Source: Pseudomonadota bacterium
GTDB lineage: Bacteria; Myxococcota_A; UBA9042; GCA-2863065
Direction of reading: 5' to 3'
NCBI GenBank assembly: GCA_002863065.1
Contig: PKDL01000412.1
Coordinates: 1-54,056, forward strand
Length of the DNA stretch: 54,056 nucleotides
The position numbers were made by a program, and so were the translations under genes. Position 1 is the first letter of the stretch. The number at the start of each line of letters is the position of its first letter. Of the stretch, positions 1 through 8,507 are shown piece after piece. The notes beneath the pieces are model-generated. The model did not search any database, was not told the DNA's origin, and was given only the letters and a program-made list of their open reading frames with translations.

Positions 1-618
1 GCACCATCGTCTACTGCCCAATCTTTATTGGGTGGCGAGACGGTAAAGCGGGGTGAGCATGCAGTTAGTGTGCAGCTAGGGTATCCAGAGCTTCGGGCCG
101 GGTATCACATCCCGGTTATTGACCAGCTCGAGATTGCTCCCCGTTTCACTTTTTTCTATGCAGGTCTTGGCAATCGGATTTCCGATACGCTCGATCCACC
201 CCAGGTCGGCTTGGCTTTTGCTGCGGACTTCAAGTGGAACTTTTACTCCAGTGCTCGGTTTCATGTTGCCGCTATTTGGCGAGTGGGAGTGAACCTTGAA
301 TTTATAGATGGTGTCGATGCCGCTATTCAAATCGGATTGCCTGGCGGTATTGCGATGAATTACGAAATGCTTGAAAAAGTCGATCTGCTGTTCGGCTTTG
401 ATTCCAGCAGTGCAGTTGTCGTGACCGGTGAACCTGCAATCTATGCTATCCCGTTTGTCTTTCACCTGGGTGCAGCGATTGACTTATCGCGTCACATGGC
501 ACTCACGTTGGTATTCGAAGGCGGACCGTCTATCGCTCCCGATCGCGCGGACGGACAATCGGGTTCCACCGTAGGCGGTTGGGTGGGTGGCTTCGCGGGA
601 TTAGAGTTTTATTTGTAG
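1..618 (+). CDS. Outer-membrane beta-barrel-type protein, 5' truncated by the window
   Basis: Frame 1 is open from base 1 (APSSTAQSLL-GGETVKRG...). Alternating hydrophobic beta-strands and an aromatic C-terminus (..GLEFYL) fit a barrel protein. Family assignment is inference. Confidence 0.6.
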   Translation, partial: APSSTAQSLLGGETVKRGEHAVSVQLGYPELRAGYHIPVIDQLEIAPRFTFFYAGLGNRISDTLDPPQVGLAFAADFKWNFYSSARFHVAAIWRVGVNLEFIDGVDAAIQIGLPGGIAMNYEMLEKVDLLFGFDSSSAVVVTGEPAIYAIPFVFHLGAAIDLSRHMALTLVFEGGPSIAPDRADGQSGSTVGGWVGGFAGLEFYL

Positions 619-732
619 TGTACGCGTCCTTACTGACCGCGCAGTTTTCTGATGTGACTCAGTAATATATGTTCCGGTTACAACTGTCCCCACCTCCGAT
701 CGGATCCTGCGGAAAGATCAAGTATTAGACAA

Positions 733-751
733 TCATAACAACTAGTTATGA
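733..751. promoter_or_regulatory. AT-rich inverted repeat upstream of the sigma54 promoter (possible activator/regulator site)
   Basis: TCATAAC-AACTA-GTTATGA is a perfect 7-bp inverted repeat ending 15 bp upstream of the -24/-12 element. Confidence 0.35.
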
Positions 752-766
752 GGCATGATTAAAGAG

Positions 767-782
767 TGGCATATCGTTTGCT
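767..782 (+). promoter_or_regulatory. sigma54 (RpoN) -24/-12 promoter
   Basis: TGGCATATCGTTTGCT matches TGGCA-N6-TTGCW with exact GG-N10-GC spacing, about 50 bp upstream of the ATG at 832. Confidence 0.6.
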
Positions 783-831
783 AACTACATGGCTTGGTCA
801 GGTCTGTTGACCTGGGAAAGAAGGATTTACC

Positions 832-1677
832 ATGCAAAGAATAGCCTCATTTTTCACCCTAGTGTGTCTTCTCGCGGTTGGAAGTACCGCATGCGAAGAG
901 GGGACCCCAGAGTCCATCTTGGCGGCGGATATGCGTCCAGTGGGCTATGCAGGTAAGGCGGATTGCCCGAATTGCGACCCTAATGGACCAAATGCATTTG
1001 CCCAGGCTGACATCAGTTCGCGATGGTACACGCCAGGAGACGGATGGCAGGTTGCATTTCAATTTCGAAATCGTGGCGTTATGAGCAAGACAGACTTCCT
1101 TCGTCCTACGAAGGGTGATGAGTGGACTAAAAGCGGGGTTTTTCTTTTCGGCTACCGCGTGACACGTAGCTTGGATGCCGATGAATACACTTACGGCCGG
1201 AAGGCGGTGGAAATTGAGGTTGACCAGCTAGATCCCGCGCAAGTCGCTATTGGGAGCACGTACCTAGATACTCTGGGCTATTTCGAAACAGAGCGCTTGG
1301 ACACTCATGAGTTCAAGTTAGCCTTCCGCATGAATGACCTGACAGACGCAATTGACGTCACGTACTACAATCGCAATTACCCCAACGGGCGCACATTACC
1401 CGCATCCAATAAGTACTCACTGTCGCTGCCTAGCAGCATTTTCCCGGTTAATGTACCGCGCCTTTTGGTCAATGAACCTTGGGTTACGGCACCGAAACTT
1501 CCTCAAGACCTCGAAGTGCTTGCCAATGCAATTGATGCGGGTTGGGCAAACCGTGCGTACAAAAAGTTCGAATTTAAAAACGGCGATCGAGTGTTTTGGG
1601 CAGCGGGAGACCCCTGGCCTTTCTACATTGAAAACAGCCAAGGCCGCGGACTACTTCTGCGCGGCTCCGTGCAGTAA
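832..1677 (+). CDS. Hypothetical lipoprotein with GKAD motif
   Basis: Signal peptide ending LAVGSTA|C (lipobox-like), followed by GKADCPNCD. GKAD follows the lipid anchor in many myxobacterial lipoproteins. SD-like GAAGGA upstream. Confidence 0.7.
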   Translation: MQRIASFFTLVCLLAVGSTACEEGTPESILAADMRPVGYAGKADCPNCDPNGPNAFAQADISSRWYTPGDGWQVAFQFRNRGVMSKTDFLRPTKGDEWTKSGVFLFGYRVTRSLDADEYTYGRKAVEIEVDQLDPAQVAIGSTYLDTLGYFETERLDTHEFKLAFRMNDLTDAIDVTYYNRNYPNGRTLPASNKYSLSLPSSIFPVNVPRLLVNEPWVTAPKLPQDLEVLANAIDAGWANRAYKKFEFKNGDRVFWAAGDPWPFYIENSQGRGLLLRGSVQ

Positions 1678-1688
1678 GGGAGGATACG

Positions 1689-3515
1689 ATGTCACGCTTG
1701 AATGGAACCGTACTTACTCTCGCGCTGCTTCTCGCCAGCACATCGTCTGCTAATTACAACAGCAAGTACGGGGAAGTACGCCTCAGTTCACTACCAGCGA
1801 AAGGTATGGTCAGTAAGAATATCTGGGTAGGCTCGTGGTGGAGCTACAAGATGAACGGTATTGCGTACCGCCAGAACGCAACGGGCGACATGCAGGTCGT
1901 CGACGATTCACTATCTGTCGTGAAGCAACTGCCCGAAGGCTGGCGTACTTCCGAGGACGTAACGCAGCTTTCTCCCGCCGAAAAATACGATAAATTACTC
2001 GGCCGGGACGACAGGATTGAGCGCGATAAAATCGCTGACTATCTTGCCCGAATTGGCGAAACAGAGGGTGAGATTACGGGAAAGATCGAGAGACGCCGCG
2101 AACTGATTCGCCTCCTCAACAAAGTCATCAAAGAGAATGAAGGGACTGAAGATTTTGATTGGAAAGAGACGGATATTGGTAAGGAATACACCGAGATAAA
2201 TGACAAAATCGAAGAGGCCGAAGATGCCCTCGCTGACCTACGGCCGGAGATCGACAGCGCGACCGAGTATGAGATTTGGAAGCACGGGGCAGCGCAATAT
2301 GGGGTGCAAAGTTGGTGGGGACATTGCAATGCCTGGGCCGCGGCTGCCGTGATGGAGCCCGAACCGCGTCAGTCCACGACCGTTGACGGAATCGAGTTCA
2401 CTGCTGGTGATGTGAAAGCATTACTGACCGAAGCATGGATGGAGCTTCAATCAAGTTTTTACGGCTCACGTAACGATTACCATGAAGATGAAGAGTCTCG
2501 GGATGCGATTGATTACAAAGATGTGACTCCCGCTGCCTTTCATATCTTTTTCGCGGACCAAGTCGGGAATCACGACAAAAGCTTTGTGATCGACCGATAC
2601 ACTGGTGATCAAGTGTGGAATCAACCCGTGAAAGCATACCGCTCGACTTTTGAGGCTCTCAATGATGGCCAACCCGTTACAAAGATGCTGGTGAGCACTC
2701 AGTATCCTCATTGGGGTGAGCCAGTTGTACGAGAACTACGGGAACAAGAGGTGTACGAGGTAGCGGTAACCACAACAATACACTGGGTGACAGATGGCGT
2801 GCCACATGAAGCGCTCACGGTAGAGAACTATTCAGACACGATAACCGACGAGCAGTTCGCAAGCTGGTCTTTCATTCGAGACGAATACCATGAGCAAATT
2901 GAAATTCGCACCCTCAGTTACACCCTATGGCTGACAGCGCCAATGGACGAACCTGATGCGGAGATCATTGGTGATGGTGAATGGAACCACGGGGAGTCAA
3001 CCGGGTACGAAGCGCTACATCCTGACTTCATGTGGCAGCCGACTGCGAACGTGAATGGTTCACGAGATTATGAAAACGACTTCATCGACTACGACACGAT
3101 CGTGGACAGATTACTTCCCGGTACGCTGAAGCCAGCGGACAATCCCATTGTAGAGCCCATCTCTGGCTATGTTTTTCAAGACCGGCATGACATTCCAGAT
3201 GCCGAGAAAGATGGCACTGTGCTGGACTTCAATGTGACTGGGACTGGTGTAGCCGCGGTGTCGAAAATGACCGTGACACTTCGGATCACTCACACCTACA
3301 TCGGCGACTTGCAGCTCATATTGGTTGGCCCGAATGGAAAAGAAGTCACTTTGAAGCGAAAAGGGATTGGTGGGAGCCGGGATGACCTGAACGACACCTT
3401 TGACGTCAGAGGGTTCAAGGGCATCCCAGCGGATGGAAACTGGCAGCTTCGGCTCATCGACCATGCCGAGGCTGATACCGGGTACATCACGTACGCCGAA
3501 CTAGGCTTCAAATAG
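1689..3515 (+). CDS. Secreted transglutaminase-elicitor (GP42-like) family protein with C-terminal proprotein-convertase P-domain
   Basis: Sec signal peptide; SWWGHCNAWAAAAVMEPEP, FTAGDVKALL and QVWNQPV are typical of the TGase_elicitor family; the C-terminal ITHTYIGDLQLILVGPNG...GNWQLRLID is a P_proprotein signature. SD GGAGG, 11 bp after the upstream stop. Confidence 0.8.
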   Translation: MSRLNGTVLTLALLLASTSSANYNSKYGEVRLSSLPAKGMVSKNIWVGSWWSYKMNGIAYRQNATGDMQVVDDSLSVVKQLPEGWRTSEDVTQLSPAEKYDKLLGRDDRIERDKIADYLARIGETEGEITGKIERRRELIRLLNKVIKENEGTEDFDWKETDIGKEYTEINDKIEEAEDALADLRPEIDSATEYEIWKHGAAQYGVQSWWGHCNAWAAAAVMEPEPRQSTTVDGIEFTAGDVKALLTEAWMELQSSFYGSRNDYHEDEESRDAIDYKDVTPAAFHIFFADQVGNHDKSFVIDRYTGDQVWNQPVKAYRSTFEALNDGQPVTKMLVSTQYPHWGEPVVRELREQEVYEVAVTTTIHWVTDGVPHEALTVENYSDTITDEQFASWSFIRDEYHEQIEIRTLSYTLWLTAPMDEPDAEIIGDGEWNHGESTGYEALHPDFMWQPTANVNGSRDYENDFIDYDTIVDRLLPGTLKPADNPIVEPISGYVFQDRHDIPDAEKDGTVLDFNVTGTGVAAVSKMTVTLRITHTYIGDLQLILVGPNGKEVTLKRKGIGGSRDDLNDTFDVRGFKGIPADGNWQLRLIDHAEADTGYITYAELGFK

Positions 3516-3773
3516 CTGGGTGTGGCTTGGTCAGCCATCCGGCGCCCTCCCCGGAGAGGCTGGGGAAGGCACCGAATCGGCGGCGCCAAGACCCACTTTT
3601 GAACACGAGAAATGGCACACCCGCGAGTCAAGACACCCTGGTATGGTCAGACTTTGACGTCTCGCGCGCTGGAGAATACGTCCCGGTATTGACGCACCAC
3701 ATGGTGACGCCCGTCACTCTGGGAGCAACTCCGCGCCGTTAAGATGAGGTGAAGTAGCTCTGTCAATCGGTGT

Positions 3774-4337
3774 TTATCGCCCGCGCAGGCCGCGCACCAG
3801 GGCACTTGCCCTGCCGACCCATTCGCCGATATCCAGGCGACTGGGAACGCGGATAGTAATCAGCATGCGGACCATCGACTGTGCAACGTCTGTCATATTG
3901 AGCAGTGTCCGTAGTCGGGCCAGATCGTATGGTTGACTCGCGCCCTCGATGAGTTCGGCTTCTTCCAGGGCCAGTTCGAAGGCATTGCGGGCTTGCTCTA
4001 AAATAGGCCACTCCCGTTGCTTGAGAACGCCGGCAATGGTTGGCCAGACATCGAGCTGTGCCTCGTACGGAGAATTCCGGTGCTCGGTCACCGGTCGTAC
4101 CAAGCCGCGCTCGATTAATTCCGCAATCACGCTACTCACGAGTGAACGGCTTATACCCAGGCGCTCAGCGATGGCGACCTGGGTGAGGGGTTCTTTATGT
4201 AAAACTAGGAGCGCCCAGACGCGGCCTAACACATTCTTGAATCCCCAATATTCTATAAACCCACCGACGGCGTCGCAGGCTTCAAGAATTGCAGTGTCTA
4301 ATCGCTCGGTATGTTCACGTGTTTCAGGACTACTCAT
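3774..4337 (-). CDS. GbsR/MarR-family transcriptional regulator
   Basis: FIEYWGFKNVLGRVWALLVL..EPLTQVAIAERLGISRSLVSSVIAELIERGLV is the GbsR-type wHTH pattern. Start trimmed to ATG 4337 (MSSPETREH). Confidence 0.8.
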   Translation of the reverse strand: MSSPETREHTERLDTAILEACDAVGGFIEYWGFKNVLGRVWALLVLHKEPLTQVAIAERLGISRSLVSSVIAELIERGLVRPVTEHRNSPYEAQLDVWPTIAGVLKQREWPILEQARNAFELALEEAELIEGASQPYDLARLRTLLNMTDVAQSMVRMLITIRVPSRLDIGEWVGRASALVRGLRGR

Positions 4338-4417
4338 ATTCGTTCCACGTAGCGACCGGCAAGGCCAGAACATCATTGGCAAACAGGCGGTTAGGCCTTG
4401 CTTAACCTGCTACCGAG

Positions 4418-4459
4418 TGCTAGAAATCTAGCAGTTGTTCATGGTTTTGTGAACAACTG
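4418..4459. promoter_or_regulatory. Palindromic operator candidates in the divergent regulator/men intergenic region
   Basis: CAGTTGTTCA-N8-TGAACAACTG (4432-4441/4450-4459) is a perfect 10-bp inverted repeat. TGCTAGA-AA-TCTAGCA (4418-4433) overlaps it. Confidence 0.55.
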
Positions 4460-4552
4460 TTTTGCTGCTTAGGGGTGTGTATTAGAGCTACACAGTAGCA
4501 CTGGGAGTAAGTAACGAGTCAGACCTCCCCAGCGCCACTCGTTTCGAACGAG

Positions 4553-5950
4553 ATGGTGGTAGGGGTTCCGTTCTGGGACGCCACTACGACTGTGGCGGTG
4601 CAACAGGCGTGTGCGGCAGCGCGCGCTGGAGCAACCGCATACGTGCGAGTGCGTCTATCCTACCCGGGTATCGACCCATTCCAGGTACTCGGGCATTCCA
4701 CTGACCACACATTTGCTTGGTCCGACGGCACTCGTCGACTGACTCTGGTTGCCGGTCCAGCTGCCGCTATCATCGAACCGAGGAATGACGCCAATCTAGA
4801 GCAGCTTTGCCATGACCTTCGCGCATCGGTTCATGGTGACTTGTCTGGTCCGTTATTTTTCGGTGGTTGTGCTTTTTCGAGCAGTTCGAATTGGCCTGAT
4901 TGGCCACTTGCGCGATTCGTACTTCCCCAATGGCTGTTGATACGTGACGCCGACGGAGCAACAAATTGCTATCTCACCGTGCGAGTCCATGCCGGTGATA
5001 CGCAAGTCGACGTTCTGACCAAACTTCGCTCCGTGCTCCCTCCGCAGTCAGCGGAGCCGGACGGTCGCTCTGATGAGGGTTGCATACACGTCACCCCGGT
5101 AGAGTCTAAAGCGTCTTGGATGGAGAGAGTGGATGCGGCCGCAACCACGGTGGCTGAAGGGGCATTAGCGAAAGTCGTATTGGCTCGGGAAGTGCTTCTC
5201 ACTCCGCCAGAGGGATACCAGTTTGACGCTGGTTCTACACTCCGGCGTCTTAGGAAATTGCATTCAGGAAGCATCACATTTTCGATGCACATAGACGGTC
5301 ATGGCACTTTCCTCGGTGCGACACCAGAGACGTTGGTCGAAGTGCATGATACCGAGGTTCAGACGCATGCCCTGGCGGGTACCATTCGTCGCGGTTCGAC
5401 GGAAGAAGAGGATCAGCGGCTAGCTCAAGCCCTGTTTGAGAGTGCGAAAGATCGAGTAGAGCACCGGGTGGTGGTGGATGCGATGGTTGATACGCTCCGG
5501 CCATTGTGCTCAGAACTCGCGGTCTCCGAAGTTCCACACCCCATTCGTCTATCGCAGGTTCAGCATCTCGCAACCCCGATCGTCGGTCGTTTGAAAGCAC
5601 GGCAGAACGCGCTGACTCTGGCGCGATGTCTCCATCCTACGCCGGCAGTTGGTGGGTGGCCTCGCAGTTCGGCAGCGCAATATCTGGATGAACAAGAACC
5701 GACCCGGCGTGGTTGGTATGCCGCACCCATTGGATGGATGGACTCCGAGTTCCAGGGGGTTTTCGGCGTGGCGATTCGGTCTGCTTTGATCAGTCCAGAG
5801 TCAGCACGAGCCTGGGTCGGGGCTGGGATCGTGGGTGCATCCGACCCAGATGCAGAGTGGCGCGAGACCGCACTTAAGCTACGAACCATTGTCTCTGGTC
5901 TTGCCGTACGAAAACAGGATGACTCCACATTAGCGGGTGGCGACCAGTGA
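4553..5950 (+). CDS. menF: Isochorismate synthase
   Basis: Chorismate-binding C-terminal motifs KVVLAR, GATPETL, HALAGT, KDRVEH, QHLATPI, LHPTPAVGG, RGWYAAPIGW, VAIRSA, GAGIV; first gene of the men operon. Confidence 0.9.
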   Translation: MVVGVPFWDATTTVAVQQACAAARAGATAYVRVRLSYPGIDPFQVLGHSTDHTFAWSDGTRRLTLVAGPAAAIIEPRNDANLEQLCHDLRASVHGDLSGPLFFGGCAFSSSSNWPDWPLARFVLPQWLLIRDADGATNCYLTVRVHAGDTQVDVLTKLRSVLPPQSAEPDGRSDEGCIHVTPVESKASWMERVDAAATTVAEGALAKVVLAREVLLTPPEGYQFDAGSTLRRLRKLHSGSITFSMHIDGHGTFLGATPETLVEVHDTEVQTHALAGTIRRGSTEEEDQRLAQALFESAKDRVEHRVVVDAMVDTLRPLCSELAVSEVPHPIRLSQVQHLATPIVGRLKARQNALTLARCLHPTPAVGGWPRSSAAQYLDEQEPTRRGWYAAPIGWMDSEFQGVFGVAIRSALISPESARAWVGAGIVGASDPDAEWRETALKLRTIVSGLAVRKQDDSTLAGGDQ

Positions 5951-7608
5951 GCGGCAGCACGGCTACAGCGGACTGGAATGCAGGAGCGGCGAACCTCTTG
6001 CTGGAAACTCTGCGTGTCAACGGCGTTATGGATGCCGTGATATCGCCAGGCTCACGCAGCACTCCATTGGTGCTCGCAGCATCTCAATGTCTCTCTACGA
6101 CTGTCATCTTAGATGAGCGGGTGGCTGGCTTCTATGCCTTGGGTAAAGCGCGGCAGCGGGGTGCCTGCGCACTGATTTGTACCTCCGGGACAGCTGGTGC
6201 TCACTACTATCCTGCGGTTATTGAGGCCTCTCAAACTCGCACTCCGTTAGTGGTTCTCACGGCTGACCGTCCTCCTGAATTACAGGACTGCGGCGCACCG
6301 CAGACGATAAGACAGGATGGACTGTTCGGGTCCCATGTGCGGTACGCCCGGACAATACCCACGCCCGAATCAGCATCCAGCCTTCAGTCAGCATCCAACA
6401 TCGCTCTACGCGCGTTGTCGCATGCGTTTGGGTCGCCACCCGGTCCAGTCCATCTCAATGTGCCCTACCGGAAACCGCTGTGGAGCCCAGGTGCTACATC
6501 ACCCATCACGATCGAAGCAGGTCGTATTCATCGAAGGACGCCTGAAGGCGCGCCGAGCGGGTTACATCCTGTAGCTGCTGCATTAGCGCAGTCGGAACGT
6601 CCCGTCGTATACGTTGGACCTCATAGCCCGTCAGGAGCTGGTAGCGCAGCCCTAGAGCTGGGGCGTACCTTGTCGATACCGGTACTAACGGAGCTGGCCC
6701 CTCTGACCCACGATGTAGGTCATTTGGAGCTCTTGTTGCGTTCCCCAGCTGTGCGGGAGCACCTATCACCCGACCTCCTACTGCATGTGGGTCATGCTCC
6801 TATTGGGCGCCAAGTCCTACACTGGATGCAAGATTTGACCGCCACCCGGATCGGGCTCGACCCGGATGGGTGGACGCATTCACCGTCTGGACCGTTTGAG
6901 CTTCTATGGACCGGGGACGTTACAGGTGCATTGAGGCATCTCGCAGCTAACAGTCGGCCAAAAAGTCAGGCATGGGTCGGGTATTGGAAGCATGCAACAT
7001 CGATAGTATCCGCCGCGCTCGAAGGTACTCCTGAGGTGTTGGACGAGCGTTTTGTGGCTGCGACAATCTCATCGGTTCGCTCCGAGTTGCATATTGCGAG
7101 CTCCATGCCGATTCGGGACGTCGCAGCATTCGGGAGACCGAAAAGACCGACGTACTCACGAGGTGCGAACGGGATCGATGGGACGATATCGACGGCTTTA
7201 GGGTTGGGCGTAACCTCAGTACTCCTAGGTGACCTTGCGTTACGACATGATATCGGTGGCTTGGCGGCTGCGGTTGAGTTGGGTGCGGAGATGGATATCT
7301 TCTGCGTCGATAACTCTGGTGGGGGCATTTTTCACATGCTCCCCATTACGAAGCATGCGGACGTGTTTGAACGGTTTTTCGCGACACCTCAGTCGGTAGA
7401 CTTGTCACGGCTCGCTATGGGGGCTGGAGCGGAGACCATCATCGTAGATTCTCCCTCGGCACTTCGGGAAGTCGTACATTCGAAACCGAGTGGAGTCCGA
7501 GTGGTTATCATACGGGTAGACCGGACCGGCAGTGTTGCATCTCGCAGTGAAACGTCCTTGCGAGTCGTGCAAGCCCTCGAAGAGGAGGGAGCCGCATGGC
7601 GCAGGTAA
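5947..7608 (+). CDS. menD: SEPHCHC synthase (ThDP-dependent)
   Basis: ISPGSRSTPL, DERVAGFYALG, CTSGTAGAHYYPAVIEA, LTADRPPEL, RGANGIDGTIS, GDLALRHD, DNSGGGIF. GTGA overlap with the menF stop. Confidence 0.95.
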   Translation: MSGSTATADWNAGAANLLLETLRVNGVMDAVISPGSRSTPLVLAASQCLSTTVILDERVAGFYALGKARQRGACALICTSGTAGAHYYPAVIEASQTRTPLVVLTADRPPELQDCGAPQTIRQDGLFGSHVRYARTIPTPESASSLQSASNIALRALSHAFGSPPGPVHLNVPYRKPLWSPGATSPITIEAGRIHRRTPEGAPSGLHPVAAALAQSERPVVYVGPHSPSGAGSAALELGRTLSIPVLTELAPLTHDVGHLELLLRSPAVREHLSPDLLLHVGHAPIGRQVLHWMQDLTATRIGLDPDGWTHSPSGPFELLWTGDVTGALRHLAANSRPKSQAWVGYWKHATSIVSAALEGTPEVLDERFVAATISSVRSELHIASSMPIRDVAAFGRPKRPTYSRGANGIDGTISTALGLGVTSVLLGDLALRHDIGGLAAAVELGAEMDIFCVDNSGGGIFHMLPITKHADVFERFFATPQSVDLSRLAMGAGAETIIVDSPSALREVVHSKPSGVRVVIIRVDRTGSVASRSETSLRVVQALEEEGAAWRR

Positions 7609-8507
7609 CGACTGCACAACCCTCGGGTCTGGTGGGTATTTGGTGGGCTGCCCTACGGCCGAACACTTTATGGGCAGGCTTTACTCCGGTTCTCGTCGGA
7701 AGTGCTCTTGCATTCGCCGATGGCGGGTTATCCATCCTTCCAGCATTGGCTGCATTGGTTGGCGCGATACTTATCCAAATCGGTACGAACTTATTTAACG
7801 ACTACTCCGACTTTAAGAAGGGTGCGGATACGGAACAGCGGATCGGTCCAGCGCGCGCGACTCAGCGTGGTTGGTTGCAGCCTGAAGACGTTTTATTAGG
7901 CGTGAAAGTCAGCCTTGGAATGGCATTCCTCGTTGGGATATTCCTGGTGTACGTTGGAGGTTGGCCGATTGTGTTTTTGGGACTCGCAAGCCTAGCTTGT
8001 GCGATCGCGTACACCGGCGGACCATTTCCCTTGGCCTATGTTGGCCTCGGTGACGTGTTTGTTATGGCCTTCTTCGGCGTTGGTGCAGTTTGTGGAACGT
8101 ATTATGTCCAAACCTTGACGGTTAGCGCTGATGCCCTAGTTGCGTCCGTAGCAGTGGGAGCGTTGGCGACGGCGATTTTAGCCGTCAATAATTTACGCGA
8201 CCGTCACACCGATGCAGTAGCGGGAAAGAGAACGCTTGCGGTCCGACTTGGCTCACGCTTTACGCGAGTCCAGTACGTCCTCCTTGTCGTCATGGCCTTC
8301 GTCTTGCCCGTCGCATGGGGCATTGGTCAGCATCGAATTACTTGGGTAGCAGTGGCTGGTGCCGCTCCCATGGCGGTGTTTGAGATTCGTGGGCTGGTTG
8401 TCCGAGATGGACAAGCATTGAATCCGCACCTAGGCGGAACCGCTCGCTTAGGATTGGTTCACGGCGTATTGCTGTCTGTGGGTATGGTGGCGGAGGCGTG
8501 GTTATGA
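7596..8507 (+). CDS. menA: 1,4-dihydroxy-2-naphthoate prenyltransferase
   Basis: ALRPNTL, QIGTNLFNDYSDFKKGAD, YTGGPFPLAYVGLGD, VNNLRDRHTDAVAGKRTLAVRLG; multi-TM UbiA family. Confidence 0.95.
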   Translation: MAQVTTAQPSGLVGIWWAALRPNTLWAGFTPVLVGSALAFADGGLSILPALAALVGAILIQIGTNLFNDYSDFKKGADTEQRIGPARATQRGWLQPEDVLLGVKVSLGMAFLVGIFLVYVGGWPIVFLGLASLACAIAYTGGPFPLAYVGLGDVFVMAFFGVGAVCGTYYVQTLTVSADALVASVAVGALATAILAVNNLRDRHTDAVAGKRTLAVRLGSRFTRVQYVLLVVMAFVLPVAWGIGQHRITWVAVAGAAPMAVFEIRGLVVRDGQALNPHLGGTARLGLVHGVLLSVGMVAEAWL

